DNA of 64,000 bases from Candidatus Obscuribacteraceae bacterium (GCA_044229845.1 JBGASG010000012.1:32001-96000), one strand, 5' to 3'. Positions 28,955 to 40,392 are shown, numbered from the stretch's first letter. Translations and numbers: made by a program. Notes: generated by a model from the letters alone, not told the origin.

Positions 28955-29644
28955 ATGCCGCCCCGGCTCAGAAACGGAATTCCAGTCGCGCTGCTGGCAC
29001 TCTTGACAGTCGGTGCCGCGTGCGAACCAGCCGTCGCGGCTGACACGAAGGCGCCCGCCAAGGCTGCCGTTCCGGCGGCGGCGAAACCTGTGGACGCCAA
29101 GGCTGGCGCAGCTCCGGCGGCGGCACCGGCGACGAAGCCTCATACCCCCAGCCCGATCGACAAGACGTTTCTTCAATTGGCAGATTTTCCCGCCGGCTAT
29201 AAGCTCGTGGAAGAACACTACGGCAGCCTGGGCGACCAGCCCAAAGCGTTTACAGCCAATAAGGGCGTTGAATCGGGCATCAAGGTCTACGAAGGTCCGC
29301 TAGAAGCACCACTCAACAGAATCGTCGACATTCGTTGGACTTTTCCAACCGACAAGCAGGCCAAGCAGTTTCTCCAGGATTGCGGCAAACAGCTAGGCGA
29401 AGGCGCAGATGAGGCGACCGCCTGGGCAAAGCCGCGCGGTTCGGAAGGCAGAATATTTGGTGGCGCAAACCCGCTGATGTTGCGCAAGAAAGCACTGATC
29501 TATCACTGGTACTACATCTTTCGAGAAGGTCGCGTGGTTGTGAAGCTGTACGGCTCGGAGGGGCTAATCTCCAAACGGCACCCGCACCCCGACGATATGA
29601 TTCCCTTCGCAGAAGCCGCAATCAAGCGGTGCAAAGGCTTTTGA
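28955..29644 (+). CDS. Hypothetical exported protein
   Basis: SD GGAGAGG, signal peptide, Ala/Pro/Lys linker. Confidence 0.7.
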   Translation: MPPRLRNGIPVALLALLTVGAACEPAVAADTKAPAKAAVPAAAKPVDAKAGAAPAAAPATKPHTPSPIDKTFLQLADFPAGYKLVEEHYGSLGDQPKAFTANKGVESGIKVYEGPLEAPLNRIVDIRWTFPTDKQAKQFLQDCGKQLGEGADEATAWAKPRGSEGRIFGGANPLMLRKKALIYHWYYIFREGRVVVKLYGSEGLISKRHPHPDDMIPFAEAAIKRCKGF

Positions 29645-29653
29645 CGTATCTAT

Positions 29654-30850
29654 ATGAATCCGCACCTCGCTCAGTTGCAGCCCTATCCGTTTGAAAAACT
29701 GGCTCGCCTTAAAGAAGGCGTGCAGCCACCTGCCGACTTGCCATCCGTCCTCCTCTCAGTCGGCGAGCCGAAACACGAAACTCCAGAATTCATCAAAGAA
29801 ACGCTTGCCTCATCACTCAGCGGCTTATCGAACTATCCGCTGACGGTCGGTTCCGTCGAACTCCGGGAGGCAATTGCCAAATGGCTGACAGTGCGCTTCT
29901 CACTCACATACGTTGATGCAGAGACAAACATTTTGCCGGTCAACGGCACGAGAGAGGCGCTTTTCGCGTTTGCTCAGTGTCTGGTGGAACCAGGTCCAGA
30001 TGCGCTCGTTGCCATGCCCAATCCCTTCTATCAGATTTATGAGGGTGCGGTGTTGCTGGCCGGCGCCCAGCCATATTTTGTCAACGCCTCGCCCAAGACG
30101 GGCTATTTGCCGGACTTTGATGCGGTTCCGGTTGAAATCTGGAAACGCTGTCAGATGGTATACATCTGCAGTCCATATAATCCGACCGGTGCGGTAATGA
30201 GCACGGAACAGCTTCAGAGGCTGATTTTGCTTGCCGACAAACACAATTTCGTGATTGCTTCCGATGAGTGTTATTCGGAAATTTATTTCGATGTCGCTCC
30301 GCCCGGTCTTCTAGAAGTCGCTGCCGGTCTCGGTCGCCACGATTACAAAAACTGTGTCGTCTTCCACAGCCTGTCGAAACGATCAAATGTGCCCGGCATG
30401 CGTTCGGGTTTCGTCGCCGGCGATGCGCAGCTGCTCGACAAATTTCGTCTCTATAGAACCTATCACGGATGCGCGATGTCGCCGCCGGTGCAGGCAGCCA
30501 GTGCGAAAGCCTGGTCCGACGAAAAGCACGTGGAAGAAAATCGGCGCCTCTACAAAGAAAAATTTGATGCGGTACTGGCGATTCTACAGCCGATCATGGA
30601 AGTAGAACGCCCAGCCGGTGCCTTCTATCTCTGGCCGAAAACACCGGGCGACGATGCCGATTTCACTCGCGATCTGTTTGCCCAGACCAACATCACCGTT
30701 CTCCCTGGTTCTTACCTCTCGCGGTCGGCGCACGGTGCCAACCCCGGACAGGGACGAATCAGGATGGCGCTGGTTGCCCCGTACGACCAGTGCGTCGCAG
30801 CTGCCCAGCGCATGGCAGCGTTTCTCAGCAAAGTGAAGGAGACTGTATGA
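29654..30850 (+). CDS. dapC: Succinyldiaminopimelate transaminase
   Basis: [34 protein letters not shown] and YRTYHG; upstream of dapD. Confidence 0.92.
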   Translation: MNPHLAQLQPYPFEKLARLKEGVQPPADLPSVLLSVGEPKHETPEFIKETLASSLSGLSNYPLTVGSVELREAIAKWLTVRFSLTYVDAETNILPVNGTREALFAFAQCLVEPGPDALVAMPNPFYQIYEGAVLLAGAQPYFVNASPKTGYLPDFDAVPVEIWKRCQMVYICSPYNPTGAVMSTEQLQRLILLADKHNFVIASDECYSEIYFDVAPPGLLEVAAGLGRHDYKNCVVFHSLSKRSNVPGMRSGFVAGDAQLLDKFRLYRTYHGCAMSPPVQAASAKAWSDEKHVEENRRLYKEKFDAVLAILQPIMEVERPAGAFYLWPKTPGDDADFTRDLFAQTNITVLPGSYLSRSAHGANPGQGRIRMALVAPYDQCVAAAQRMAAFLSKVKETV

Positions 30851-31680
30851 CACAGACCGCCGAGCGTCTGCGCGACTTAATCGAGGCTTCATTCGAGAAG
30901 CGCGCCGATATCACGCCACTGTCAGCCGGTAAAGAGCTGAAGCAAGCCGTGGATGAAACCATCGACGGGCTCGACAACGGTTCATTGCGCGTGGCAGAAA
31001 AGCAGGGCAACGAGTGGGTGGTCAACGAATGGGTGAAGAAAGCGGTGCTGCTCTCTTTTCGCATCTACGACAACCGCATCATGCCGGGCGGTTATACAGA
31101 GTACTGGGACAAAGTGCCGGCCAAATACGCCGGTTACAGCGAAGCCATGTTCCGGGCCGGCGGGGCGCGCATAGTGCCACCGGCAGCGGTGCGCCGCGGT
31201 TCGTACGTGGCGCCTGATGTGATCGTCATGCCTTCCTTCATAAATATCGGTGCCTACGTGGACACCGGCACCATGGTCGATACGTGGGCTACGGTAGGCT
31301 CGTGCGCTCAGGTCGGCAAGAACGTTCACCTCTCCGGCGGCGCGGGAATCGGCGGAGTCCTGGAACCGCTGCAGGCCAAACCGACCATCATCGAAGACAA
31401 CTGTTTCATCGGAGCCCGCTCCGAGATTGTCGAAGGCGTGATTGTAGAGACCGGCTCGGTCATCTCTATGGGCGTTTTCATCGGGCAGAGCACGCGCATT
31501 TACAATCGCATGACGGGCGAAGTCACGTACGGACGCATTCCGGCGGGCTCCGTGGTGGTCTCCGGCAACCTGCCCTCGGAAGACGGCAAATACAGCTTGT
31601 ATTGCGCCGTTATCGTCAAGCAAGTAGACGAGAAAACACGCGGCAAGGTGAGCTTGAACGAGCTGCTGCGCGATATATGA
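30847..31680 (+). CDS. dapD: Tetrahydrodipicolinate N-succinyltransferase
   Basis: [21 protein letters not shown] and GGVLEPLQA; start re-placed at ATG 30847. Confidence 0.96.
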   Translation: MTQTAERLRDLIEASFEKRADITPLSAGKELKQAVDETIDGLDNGSLRVAEKQGNEWVVNEWVKKAVLLSFRIYDNRIMPGGYTEYWDKVPAKYAGYSEAMFRAGGARIVPPAAVRRGSYVAPDVIVMPSFINIGAYVDTGTMVDTWATVGSCAQVGKNVHLSGGAGIGGVLEPLQAKPTIIEDNCFIGARSEIVEGVIVETGSVISMGVFIGQSTRIYNRMTGEVTYGRIPAGSVVVSGNLPSEDGKYSLYCAVIVKQVDEKTRGKVSLNELLRDI

Positions 31681-32837
31681 GTTCCACGCCTTCTACGACT
31701 TCCACAACCTCCTCGCCGACCGCTCGGCTGGCAGTAGCGCTGATTGAGAAACAGTCGGTGACGCCGGAAGATGCCGGCTGCCAGTCCTTGATTGCCGAGC
31801 GTTTGCAGCAGGTCGGGTTTCGCATCGAGCACATAGACCTCGCCGATACGAAAAACCTGTGGGCAACGCACGGCGAGGGTGCACCGCTGATGGTGCTGGT
31901 CGGGCACACCGATGTGGTGCCTACCGGTCCCACCAATCTCTGGGGAACGCCGCCATTCGAGCCGACTGTGCGCGACGGCGTCCTCTACGGACGTGGCGCC
32001 GCCGACATGAAGGGCGCACTGGCTGCGCTCGTGGTGGCGGCAGAGGAGTTCGCGAAGAAACATGAGAAACATCGCGGCACACTGGCCTTCTTGATCACCA
32101 GCGACGAAGAGGCAACCGGCGAAAACGGAACCAAGCCCGTCGTGGAAAAACTGGCAGCCCGCGGGGATAAAATAGATTACTGCCTGGTTGGGGAACCCTC
32201 CTCGGTCGCCACCGTCGGTGATACCGTCAAAGTTGGACGGCGCGGCTCCATCACCGGCAAGCTGATCGTCAAAGGAGTACAGGGGCACGTAGCTTATCCA
32301 GATAAAGCGCGCAACCCAATCCACCTCTTTGCGCCGGCCCTGGCGGCGTTATGCGCCGCTCAGTGGGATCAGGGCAACGAATTTTTTCCGCCCACATCGT
32401 TTCAGGTCTCCAATGTAAATTCAGGGACAGGCGCAGACAACGTTATACCGGCGCATCTGGAAGCGTTGATCAACTTTCGTTTCTCCCCGGAAGTCACCCA
32501 TGAACAATTGCAGCGGCGCGTCGCAGAGATTCTCGATCAGCACAAACTGGACTATGAATTGACATGGCGTCTATCGGGAGAGCCTTTCCTCACTCGTGCC
32601 GGTGAGCTGGTCGCCGCAGTCAAAGCCGCCGTGGAAGAACATCTCGGCGTGACACCCGAATTGTCCACATCCGGCGGCACATCCGATGGACGATTCGTCG
32701 CCAAGGTCGGCGCCCAGGTAGTGGAGCTGGGACCGATCAACGCCACCATCCATAAAGTCAACGAACACGTGCGCCTAGCGGACCTGGACGCACTGACGCG
32801 CGCGTATGAAAGCATCTTCGAACGCATGCTGGGATGA
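31677..32837 (+). CDS. dapE: Succinyl-diaminopimelate desuccinylase
   Basis: [31 protein letters not shown] and GGTSDGRF; start re-placed at ATG 31677. Confidence 0.96.
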   Translation: MSSTPSTTSTTSSPTARLAVALIEKQSVTPEDAGCQSLIAERLQQVGFRIEHIDLADTKNLWATHGEGAPLMVLVGHTDVVPTGPTNLWGTPPFEPTVRDGVLYGRGAADMKGALAALVVAAEEFAKKHEKHRGTLAFLITSDEEATGENGTKPVVEKLAARGDKIDYCLVGEPSSVATVGDTVKVGRRGSITGKLIVKGVQGHVAYPDKARNPIHLFAPALAALCAAQWDQGNEFFPPTSFQVSNVNSGTGADNVIPAHLEALINFRFSPEVTHEQLQRRVAEILDQHKLDYELTWRLSGEPFLTRAGELVAAVKAAVEEHLGVTPELSTSGGTSDGRFVAKVGAQVVELGPINATIHKVNEHVRLADLDALTRAYESIFERMLG

Positions 32838-32931
32838 TATCGACTATCAGTCAGGAATGTGGATTGAGACCACTGGGCAGATACACCCCTCGTGTGGACA
32901 ATAGATCTGGGAAGGCAGCGTCAGACGACAG

Positions 32932-33780
32932 GTGAACCCGCATATGACAGAAGTCGAAACGAAACGCGTCATAGGCGGGCTGCCGGCTCTCACCAACGAG
33001 CTGATTCGCCGATTTGAGGTGATTGACGCCTTGCACGCGCAGCAGCGAATGGAAGGCATACGCGCTCAAAAGAACAATCCGTTCGGCATCGAGATCGGGA
33101 AATTCGGGCGAGCAATTGCATTAAAAGCCTCCGAGTTGCCCAGTCACTTCTTCAACCACGTGGTCGGACTGGGCGTTCCAGAACAAGACTTGATCGGCGA
33201 TCTTTTGCAGTTTTACGGCACAACGCCATTTGCCATCGAGCTTCTTCCCAACGATATCAATGAAAGTCTGGCGGACAAGCTGACTGCGCATGGATTTCGC
33301 CACACGCAGTTTCACGCGGGATTGTTCGGCAGCGCCGAGAGTGACGACATCGATGACTTTGTCGAGATAGAAAAAGTTGAAAACCCAGAGCAATTCAGCG
33401 ATTTCCTTGATACCAACTTTCACGGGTACGAGATTCCCGTTTCGATCAAAGAGCAGGCGCTGAGCAACATGCAGCACTGGATAGAGATTCCAAACTGGCA
33501 CCTCTATCTCGCTCGGGTCGAAGACGAGCCAGCCGCCTCCGCCATATTGCAAGTCGGCGGCGATCTCGGATACCTGGCTTCGGCAGCCACTTTGCCTGGG
33601 TTCCGCAAACGTGGATTGCAGACAGCATTGATCAGGCGGCGGATCGCCGAAGCTGAGAAACTTGGTTGCCGACTAGTTTGCAGCCAGGCCCAATTCGGGT
33701 CGTCCAGCTTCCACAATTTGGAAACAGCCGGTCTGCGCCTGGCTTACCTGAAGGCTATCTGGACCCGGCAGTCTGTATGA
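32932..33780 (+). CDS. GNAT-family acetyltransferase
   Basis: ATLPGFRKRGLQTALI acetyl-CoA-binding motif. Confidence 0.85.
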   Translation: MNPHMTEVETKRVIGGLPALTNELIRRFEVIDALHAQQRMEGIRAQKNNPFGIEIGKFGRAIALKASELPSHFFNHVVGLGVPEQDLIGDLLQFYGTTPFAIELLPNDINESLADKLTAHGFRHTQFHAGLFGSAESDDIDDFVEIEKVENPEQFSDFLDTNFHGYEIPVSIKEQALSNMQHWIEIPNWHLYLARVEDEPAASAILQVGGDLGYLASAATLPGFRKRGLQTALIRRRIAEAEKLGCRLVCSQAQFGSSSFHNLETAGLRLAYLKAIWTRQSV

Positions 33781-33928
33781 TCCACGTGTGTTGGTGCTGG
33801 GGTGGTGTCATGCACGCAGCCTATGATACATAATGCAATCTTATCGGTCTGAACGCGCGTAGCGCGCGTTAATCCGCGACAAGCGGATTATGCCCAGGCG
33901 ACCTCGCCTGGGTTCACCTAATGCAATG

Positions 33929-34522
33929 CTATCGGTCATCCGAATGGGATTTAGCCGATCCACTCTCCAGTGGATGTGCCTTTCTGAAATCATTAACAAG
34001 CCTAGAACCAGCAGGCAGAATTTCTGTGTCTAGTCTTCCCATCTGCTTCCACCCCAAGAGCGTACTTAGCTCGCCTCTGTTTGACATGGCTTCATTCGCC
34101 ACGTAATCCCAATTCGCTTTCATCTTGTCTTCGGACACATTAGCAAATTCGTTTCGGCTATCTACGAATGTAGTGTAATCATGGACGCTTGATTTGTATC
34201 GAAGGTAGGTTTTCTTAACGACTAATAAATCAGGTCGCGGGCATGGTGGGATCAGTTGATCTTTCTTTCTGTGTGCATTAGTTACCTTGAGTGCGTTGTC
34301 GATTTCAGCTGTTCGTTGTTTCACAAAGTTGTTCAAAAATTCCAGTTCGTCTTGGGACAATTGCTTATCAACATCTTCGGGTGACAGCCTTTTTTGGGGA
34401 CGTATGGATTGTCTCAACTTGGAGTCACGCTGATCGAGCGGAAGAGTTTGCGCCCCGGACTGCTGCATCAGGAGCCCGGCAACGGCTACGACCACGCCAA
34501 CCTGGAAATAGTCAAATTTCAT
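33929..34522 (-). CDS. Hypothetical exported protein (visibly lower GC)
   Basis: Signal-peptide-like N-terminus; 197-aa ORF in AT-richer DNA. Confidence 0.6.
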   Translation of the reverse strand: MKFDYFQVGVVVAVAGLLMQQSGAQTLPLDQRDSKLRQSIRPQKRLSPEDVDKQLSQDELEFLNNFVKQRTAEIDNALKVTNAHRKKDQLIPPCPRPDLLVVKKTYLRYKSSVHDYTTFVDSRNEFANVSEDKMKANWDYVANEAMSNRGELSTLLGWKQMGRLDTEILPAGSRLVNDFRKAHPLESGSAKSHSDDR

Positions 34523-34737
34523 AAGAAGGAACCCTACAACCTGCTAGGAATATGCTACCAAGCCCCGGGTTGAACTGGACTGGTATTTTCCCCGGATTCT
34601 GCTGGATGCGCACTGGCAAATGAGGCGTAGCACAATACTATTTGGGAACTCTTCTTTTAGGTAAAACACTGCGGAAAAGAACCAATATAGGCAGTGTTTT
34701 TAGTGTCAAATGAACCAATCCCTCTCACGGGGCGCAG

Positions 34738-36849
34738 TCAGCGGCGTTCCAGCCGGCTTTGCGCCGCGTGCGTCAGAGCTTCCAGTGAGAAACCATCGGC
34801 AGGATACTTGCCCACCGCTGTGCGCACAGTCACCGAAAAGCGCATGCCGTTCTCGGCGGTGAATTGCACTTGCTCGACCTCGCGCGCCCAACGGCTGATG
34901 GCACGCTCGACGGCGCGGCCGTCTTCGTTCACGATCGCAAGACAGAATCCGCCCGGCCAGACGCCGCGCAATGACTCCGAGGGAAATCGAGAATGCAGCA
35001 ATTTCCCCACGGTGGAAAAGACATTGATCTTCGAAAACATGCCGTAGTCTACGCCCGGTGCTTGATCGACTTGCACCAGCCCTAGTGTCATCTCCTGGCT
35101 GGAGCGGCCGCAATTGATCAGCAAGTCGGACACCTTGGCCATGAAAGCCCGCTCCCGTAAAAGCCCAGTCAGCTCATCGTCGGCTCCTTGAGCCTTGTCT
35201 TGTTGCGCACGCTTGATCTGCATGTTGACGCGACCGACAAGTTCTTCCGGAATAATCGGCTTGGATAGAAAGTCATTGGCTCCGGCCTGAAAAGCCGCCG
35301 CGCGCCCCTGGGCATCAGCCTTGGAAGTGAGGAAGATGATCGGCAGTTGAGACCATTTTTCCGTCGCGCGCACGATGCGGCAGATATCATATCCGCTCAA
35401 TCCCGGCATGATCACATCGAGCAAGAGCACGTCTGGCTGCACCTTCTCGAGGGTGTCGAGGATGTTGATCGGTTCGTGCAAGACAGAAACATTGATCGAT
35501 TGAGAGGTGAGAATTCTCTCCATCAACTTGGTCAGAACCTTGTCGTCATCGACCGCAAGTACAGTCGGCGGCTTGACCGGAGCCAGCGAAGCCAGCTTGG
35601 TGAGGCAGGCTTCGAACTGACGCGGATCGCATGGTGCCGGCATAGCGACTGAGGCGCCGGCGAAAATGCGATCGACATCGTCGAGCCGATAGCCTCGCGA
35701 GTGCAGAAACGCCAGCGGCAAAGTGGCATTCAATCCCGATACTCGCAGCTCTTTCGCCAGGCTGATCGCCACGTCCACACCGATTGCAGTGGTATCAATA
35801 ATGGCGGCATCAAATCGGCTGGAGGCACCTTCTACGGCAGCCTGCACCGCGTTATCCGTGAAAATTACTTTGGCGTCAACGCCCGGCGTGTAGGGCTCCG
35901 GTGACACTTGCAACGTTTGCTGGCTGCCGACCAGAAGAACTCGTCCGGCCTGCAATCTTTTCTCCGCTGCCGGCGGCTCCTGCGCTTCCATAACTGCGCG
36001 CAGCTCAGCCTCGCCGTCGGCAAGTGACCTGAAAATTTCCAACCACAAAATGTTCTGAGCCAGCGGGTCGTTGGGATCGAGAAGCTTCACGTAACCCTCG
36101 ATTTTGGCTGCCGCATTGCTGAATGCAGTTAGACCCAGCGATGCCGCAGCACCGCGCAATGCATGCGAAATAAACAATGCTTGATCGCGCGCCTCGCGGC
36201 TTGCACCACCGGAATTTTGCAGAGAGCGCAATTCCCGAGCCAGATTTTGCCAGTGCGAAGGCAGGTTGGCCGCCAGTTCCCGCTGGGCATCGCGCACCGA
36301 ATTTTCGGCGAACTGCTGCTGACTGATCTCTTGCTGATGTTGCTCGTAATGCGGATCGGAGAAGCTCTCTTCCGAACGCACCCGCTCGGCACGAAAGCTC
36401 GGCATATTGGCGACGGCAGATTGCGCTCGCGGCCGCTCCATCGACATTGGTTGATAACGAGACATGCGATCGCCGACTTGTCGTGCCGGTAACAGTGAAC
36501 CAATTTGATCCAGAAACAGATTGGGATCGACGGGCTTCTGCAAAATCAGCGAGACGTTGAGGATATTGCGCAGATACTTGAAAGTCTCCGGGTCGCAAGC
36601 CTGGGCGCTGATAAAGACGACCGGTGTATTGTTTCCCATTTCACGCAAACGTTGAATGAAAGAGATACCGTTCGCATCCGGCAACTTGAAATCGACTACT
36701 GCCAGAGCCAGTTCTCTCTGACCGGCAGTGCGAAGTCCCTCGGAGGCAGTACGCGCTTCCTCGACACCAAACCCGGTGCAGGACAGTATGCGCTGCATCA
36801 ACTGAATGAAGTTGTCGTCGTCATCTAGAACTAGGATCGATTTGGACAC
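34738..36849 (-). CDS. Multi-domain response regulator: REC - Hpt - pseudo-REC - REC - degenerate GGDEF
   Basis: ILVLDDD/VDFKLP, SHALRGAAASLG (Hpt), LLDVIMPG, DELTGL; no GG(D/E)EF motif. Confidence 0.85.
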   Translation of the reverse strand: MSKSILVLDDDDNFIQLMQRILSCTGFGVEEARTASEGLRTAGQRELALAVVDFKLPDANGISFIQRLREMGNNTPVVFISAQACDPETFKYLRNILNVSLILQKPVDPNLFLDQIGSLLPARQVGDRMSRYQPMSMERPRAQSAVANMPSFRAERVRSEESFSDPHYEQHQQEISQQQFAENSVRDAQRELAANLPSHWQNLARELRSLQNSGGASREARDQALFISHALRGAAASLGLTAFSNAAAKIEGYVKLLDPNDPLAQNILWLEIFRSLADGEAELRAVMEAQEPPAAEKRLQAGRVLLVGSQQTLQVSPEPYTPGVDAKVIFTDNAVQAAVEGASSRFDAAIIDTTAIGVDVAISLAKELRVSGLNATLPLAFLHSRGYRLDDVDRIFAGASVAMPAPCDPRQFEACLTKLASLAPVKPPTVLAVDDDKVLTKLMERILTSQSINVSVLHEPINILDTLEKVQPDVLLLDVIMPGLSGYDICRIVRATEKWSQLPIIFLTSKADAQGRAAAFQAGANDFLSKPIIPEELVGRVNMQIKRAQQDKAQGADDELTGLLRERAFMAKVSDLLINCGRSSQEMTLGLVQVDQAPGVDYGMFSKINVFSTVGKLLHSRFPSESLRGVWPGGFCLAIVNEDGRAVERAISRWAREVEQVQFTAENGMRFSVTVRTAVGKYPADGFSLEALTHAAQSRLERR

Positions 36850-37089
36850 GAGTGACTGAAAAAGTTGACAATTAACGGCAATTTCCTAATGCCACTTTAG
36901 GCGTGGAACGCTTATTTGGCAAGGGTTCCAGGAGTTGTCAGTTGCATTTTCTTTTCGCTCGTTGTACTATTCGCTATCGTATTTCAAATCAAAAGCAAAG
37001 ACAAGAGGGATCGGAGTCGCCACGGGCGGTGCTTGATGCCACCATCGGTGAGTTCTCTGATCTCTCTTGCCTGCTTTCGGTGTGCTTCT

Positions 37090-37959
37090 TCAGCGCACCT
37101 TCGACTTCCGCTTCGTCGACTTCGGCTTCACGCCTCGATCTCGAACGCCGTACTCCACTGGCGCCAGTCGCGCTTCGTGGCGTGCCACCAGACGCATCTG
37201 GCGCAAGCGCTCGTTCATCGTGGCGATCATCGTCTGGTCGTACGCCCTGTCGTATCCGCTGCCGGCAGCCATCAGGCGCCGTTCGGACAGCTGCGTCCGC
37301 AGCGCGTGATACGCCTCTTCCACGGACATCGCCGAATCGAGCCAGATCTCACCTTCCGGGACGAAAGGCAGATCGTAGTCGTGCGTGCCGAAGCAGAAGT
37401 CGGGATAGAGATCCCGCCTCACCTTCGGACCGTCGACGATCCAGACGTCCAGACCTTGCCGGCGCCCGAAATATTGGCGGTAGACACCGACCAGGCTGAC
37501 GGGCTCGACACGATGCTTGCGCCGCGTGCCGGCTCTGATCACGGTCTCGTGCTTGCGCAATTGCGCTTCGCGCTTCTCAGCGCGGCGCCGGTCGCGCTCT
37601 CGCAAGAGCTTTTCGAGCTTCAGACCTTCCCCGTGCGCCCGGTCGTAAGACCAGCCGCGTTCGCGCATGAGCTTGCGCTCGATCAGCTCATGCTCCAGGG
37701 TGTAGAGGTATTCTTCGATACCCAGACGGTTGTCGATCCAGATATCGTCCGGCGGGTTGTAGCGGTACCGCTGGTCGTTGCCACCCATGATGAAATCAGG
37801 GAACAACGTACGGGCCACCTTCTCGCCGTCGACAATCCAGATTTTCTGGCCTTGCCGCGTGCCGGTTTGCATGCGGTAGATGCCGGTTAGTTTGACCCGA
37901 CCATGCCGCTTGTAAACCAAGCCGCACTGCGGGTGCTCTTTGCAGGAGTTGTTCTGCAT
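37090..37959 (-). CDS. Hypothetical protein with two copies of one domain
   Basis: IWIVDG.KV...PDF...IW.D...ER.LM...YDRA occurs twice. Confidence 0.8.
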   Translation of the reverse strand: MQNNSCKEHPQCGLVYKRHGRVKLTGIYRMQTGTRQGQKIWIVDGEKVARTLFPDFIMGGNDQRYRYNPPDDIWIDNRLGIEEYLYTLEHELIERKLMRERGWSYDRAHGEGLKLEKLLRERDRRRAEKREAQLRKHETVIRAGTRRKHRVEPVSLVGVYRQYFGRRQGLDVWIVDGPKVRRDLYPDFCFGTHDYDLPFVPEGEIWLDSAMSVEEAYHALRTQLSERRLMAAGSGYDRAYDQTMIATMNERLRQMRLVARHEARLAPVEYGVRDRGVKPKSTKRKSKVR

Positions 37960-38059
37960 GTTCTTATCCTCAGCCTTCAGGTGAGGCCACTCCGGCGCAG
38001 TTTCTCAATCGAGACCGCACCGCCGAGAAGGCTTTACCGAAAGGCTTACGAAGCTTGGT

Positions 38060-39385
38060 TTAGTTCTTGATTCGACCGTAAGTGCGCATCAGCTCGACGA
38101 CACGATCGAGCGGCATCGCAGTCGACGTGTTTCCATCACGTCCAACCACAGTGTCAGCCATGCAGAGCGCATTGATGATGGCTTCCTCGGTGGCATCAGC
38201 CGTCGCCGCGTAGAGCGGATCGATGGCGTTGTCACTGAGTTCGGGCAACGACAGGACGGTGTCTTCGGAGGCGCGAGGAATCTTGCGCCCGGTGGAGAAA
38301 CCGACAATGAAGTCGCCGCTGGAAGTGTTGGCTACCGACCCGGTGCGGGCCAGCCCCATGGCAGCGCGCTTGCACAGGCGTTCCACCTGGCGCGCGTTCA
38401 GCGGAGCATCGGTTGCCACCACGATCACAATCGAGCCTTCGCGATGAACCGTAGCCATGTCTTGCTCGAGATGGACGCCGACGGGAACGCCGTCGATGCG
38501 CATCTGGTCGCGGTCGCCATGGTTGCAGTTGACCAGAACGCCGACGGTGTAGCCACCGTCGTCTTCGGAAAGCACGCGCGAAGACGTGCCGATGCCGCCC
38601 TTCCAGTCGTAGCAGGACATGCCTGTCCCGGCCCCGACCGCGCCTTCGGCGACGGCACCGCTGGCGGCACCATCGAGAGCAGCGAAGACGTGCTCTTGTT
38701 TGACGTGGAAGCCCTGTGCATCGTTGAGCGCGCTGTCATCGCACTCGCCGACCACCGGCACGTAAGTCTCGTCGTCGACGCCGATGTCCGGATACTTGCT
38801 GATCATCCAGCGCACCATGGCTGATGCCACGTCGCCGACCTGATGGGTGTTGGTGAGCGCGATCGGGCCTTCGATTCCTCCCGATTCACGAATCCAGTCG
38901 AGACCCAGCATGCCGCCGTTGCCGTTGACGACGAACGATGCCGCCGTCACCTTGTCGCGCCAGATATCTCCGGAGTGCGGCATGATGACTGTGACACCGG
39001 TGCGGGCAGGACCTTCACCGCGAACGAGGTCGCCCTCGCCGTGGAAAACAGTCGTGTGCCCGACCTTGACGCCCGGGACGTCGGTGATGGCGTTGAATTT
39101 GCCGGGAGCCAGCGAGCCGATCTCAACGCCGAGGTCGCGTAAGCGCCGGCGGGTCGATTTGTCGGTCTCAACTGGCTGGTCTGCGTCAGCGCCTTGCGCA
39201 TCGGCAGAAGTGAGAGTCATGGCGCGAACATCTCCGGCGAAACACCGGTTGATTTTAGCGCCACGGGTTTGTTTCCGGCTCGTCCACCAGGCCCAGATCA
39301 GGAACCCGATGTTGAAGGCGAGCGAGAGAAACAGGAGAATCGCAATGCCCAGAAGGCCGTTGCTGTGGCTGTGCATCTCAGTCAC
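38060..39385 (-). CDS. DmpA-like (P1/S58) aminopeptidase with an N-terminal TM extension
   Basis: NAITDVPGVKVGH, GAVGAGTGM, KGGIGTSSR, GS IVIVVATDAPL and SGD motifs. Confidence 0.9.
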   Translation of the reverse strand: MTEMHSHSNGLLGIAILLFLSLAFNIGFLIWAWWTSRKQTRGAKINRCFAGDVRAMTLTSADAQGADADQPVETDKSTRRRLRDLGVEIGSLAPGKFNAITDVPGVKVGHTTVFHGEGDLVRGEGPARTGVTVIMPHSGDIWRDKVTAASFVVNGNGGMLGLDWIRESGGIEGPIALTNTHQVGDVASAMVRWMISKYPDIGVDDETYVPVVGECDDSALNDAQGFHVKQEHVFAALDGAASGAVAEGAVGAGTGMSCYDWKGGIGTSSRVLSEDDGGYTVGVLVNCNHGDRDQMRIDGVPVGVHLEQDMATVHREGSIVIVVATDAPLNARQVERLCKRAAMGLARTGSVANTSSGDFIVGFSTGRKIPRASEDTVLSLPELSDNAIDPLYAATADATEEAIINALCMADTVVGRDGNTSTAMPLDRVVELMRTYGRIKN

Positions 39386-39740
39386 TCCGTGTTATCGCAA
39401 GCCGCGCCATCGTGCAATGGGGGCTGTGCGTTGGTTAAAGGGGGTCATCCACCCGAACGGCATAAGCAGCCGTCAGTAAATCCCGAGAATTCGTGGCGAG
39501 TTGGCTTTTGAGAAAGCTCTGGTTTTTGTGTTGGGTGGGTGTAGAGAAAAAGTACCTGCACCCTAAAACAATCAGGATCTGGAACTCAAGAGAAAATCGG
39601 TCAAAAAGAGGCCACTAACAGAGCGAGGCCAATTACGAACACCGTCCCTGCCAGCCGGTTTCCAAGAGACCAATCGAGAAATTCAAGCGCCTGAGAAATT
39701 GGTAACCCCGGCAGCGCATGGCGCACCGCCGGTGGTTGCA

Positions 39741-40058
39741 TCAGGGTTTCTTTTCCGATCCGCCGGCTGCGCCGGTTTCTTTCCCGGCATTGACTGCCGG
39801 CTTGCCTTCGTAACCGCCGACCATGAAGTTGAGAAAAGCACCGCCGGTGACTGCACGCGGGGATGTTCCGCCCTTCGGCTTGGCGGTTGCCTTACCAGCC
39901 TCCTGCTCTTTGATTGTCGCGTGCCAGACCGGTTTTGACGACTTGGTCTTGGCGCCCTTTACGGCCGACTGTTGGGACAGGGCCGGCTCAACACCCCAAG
40001 CAAAACCTGTGAGCGCCAGCGTGCAACTTGTAGCAGCAATCAGCAGTTTTCGTCTCAT
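39741..40058 (-). CDS. Small exported hypothetical protein
   Basis: Basic plus hydrophobic signal-like N-terminus; Lys-rich mature part. Confidence 0.5.
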   Translation of the reverse strand: MRRKLLIAATSCTLALTGFAWGVEPALSQQSAVKGAKTKSSKPVWHATIKEQEAGKATAKPKGGTSPRAVTGGAFLNFMVGGYEGKPAVNAGKETGAAGGSEKKP

Positions 40059-40392
40059 CTCGATCCTGGTTCGTGCAGGGATGCATCCACCTCAAGTTAC
40101 CACAACGGCAGCCGATGCTCGCTAGGAAAAACCCGGACTGTTCCACCCGAGCAATCAGTGCCCCATGCCACTACCAGCGGTGCCAGCCCTGCAAGCGGCC
40201 AGACCTCCTCCGAAACCAAATACGGTGTCGCTCAACACAAAAATTTGCGCAGCCTGAACCCGGGCATACATGACCATCACGCCTGACAACACCCAGCCTA
40301 TCGAGCATTATCGGCTCCTCGTATGTTTTATTTGTTATGTACCGGGTATTTATCTAGCGGAAGTTGGCTACCCTGCAGCGCCAGGTCGGGCT

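Noticed and set aside
31284..31676. N-terminal extension of the dapE ORF (likewise the eutB 61880, dapD 30790 and TPR 40270 extensions)
   Set aside because: Extensions overlap neighbouring genes or lack homology; better starts lie downstream
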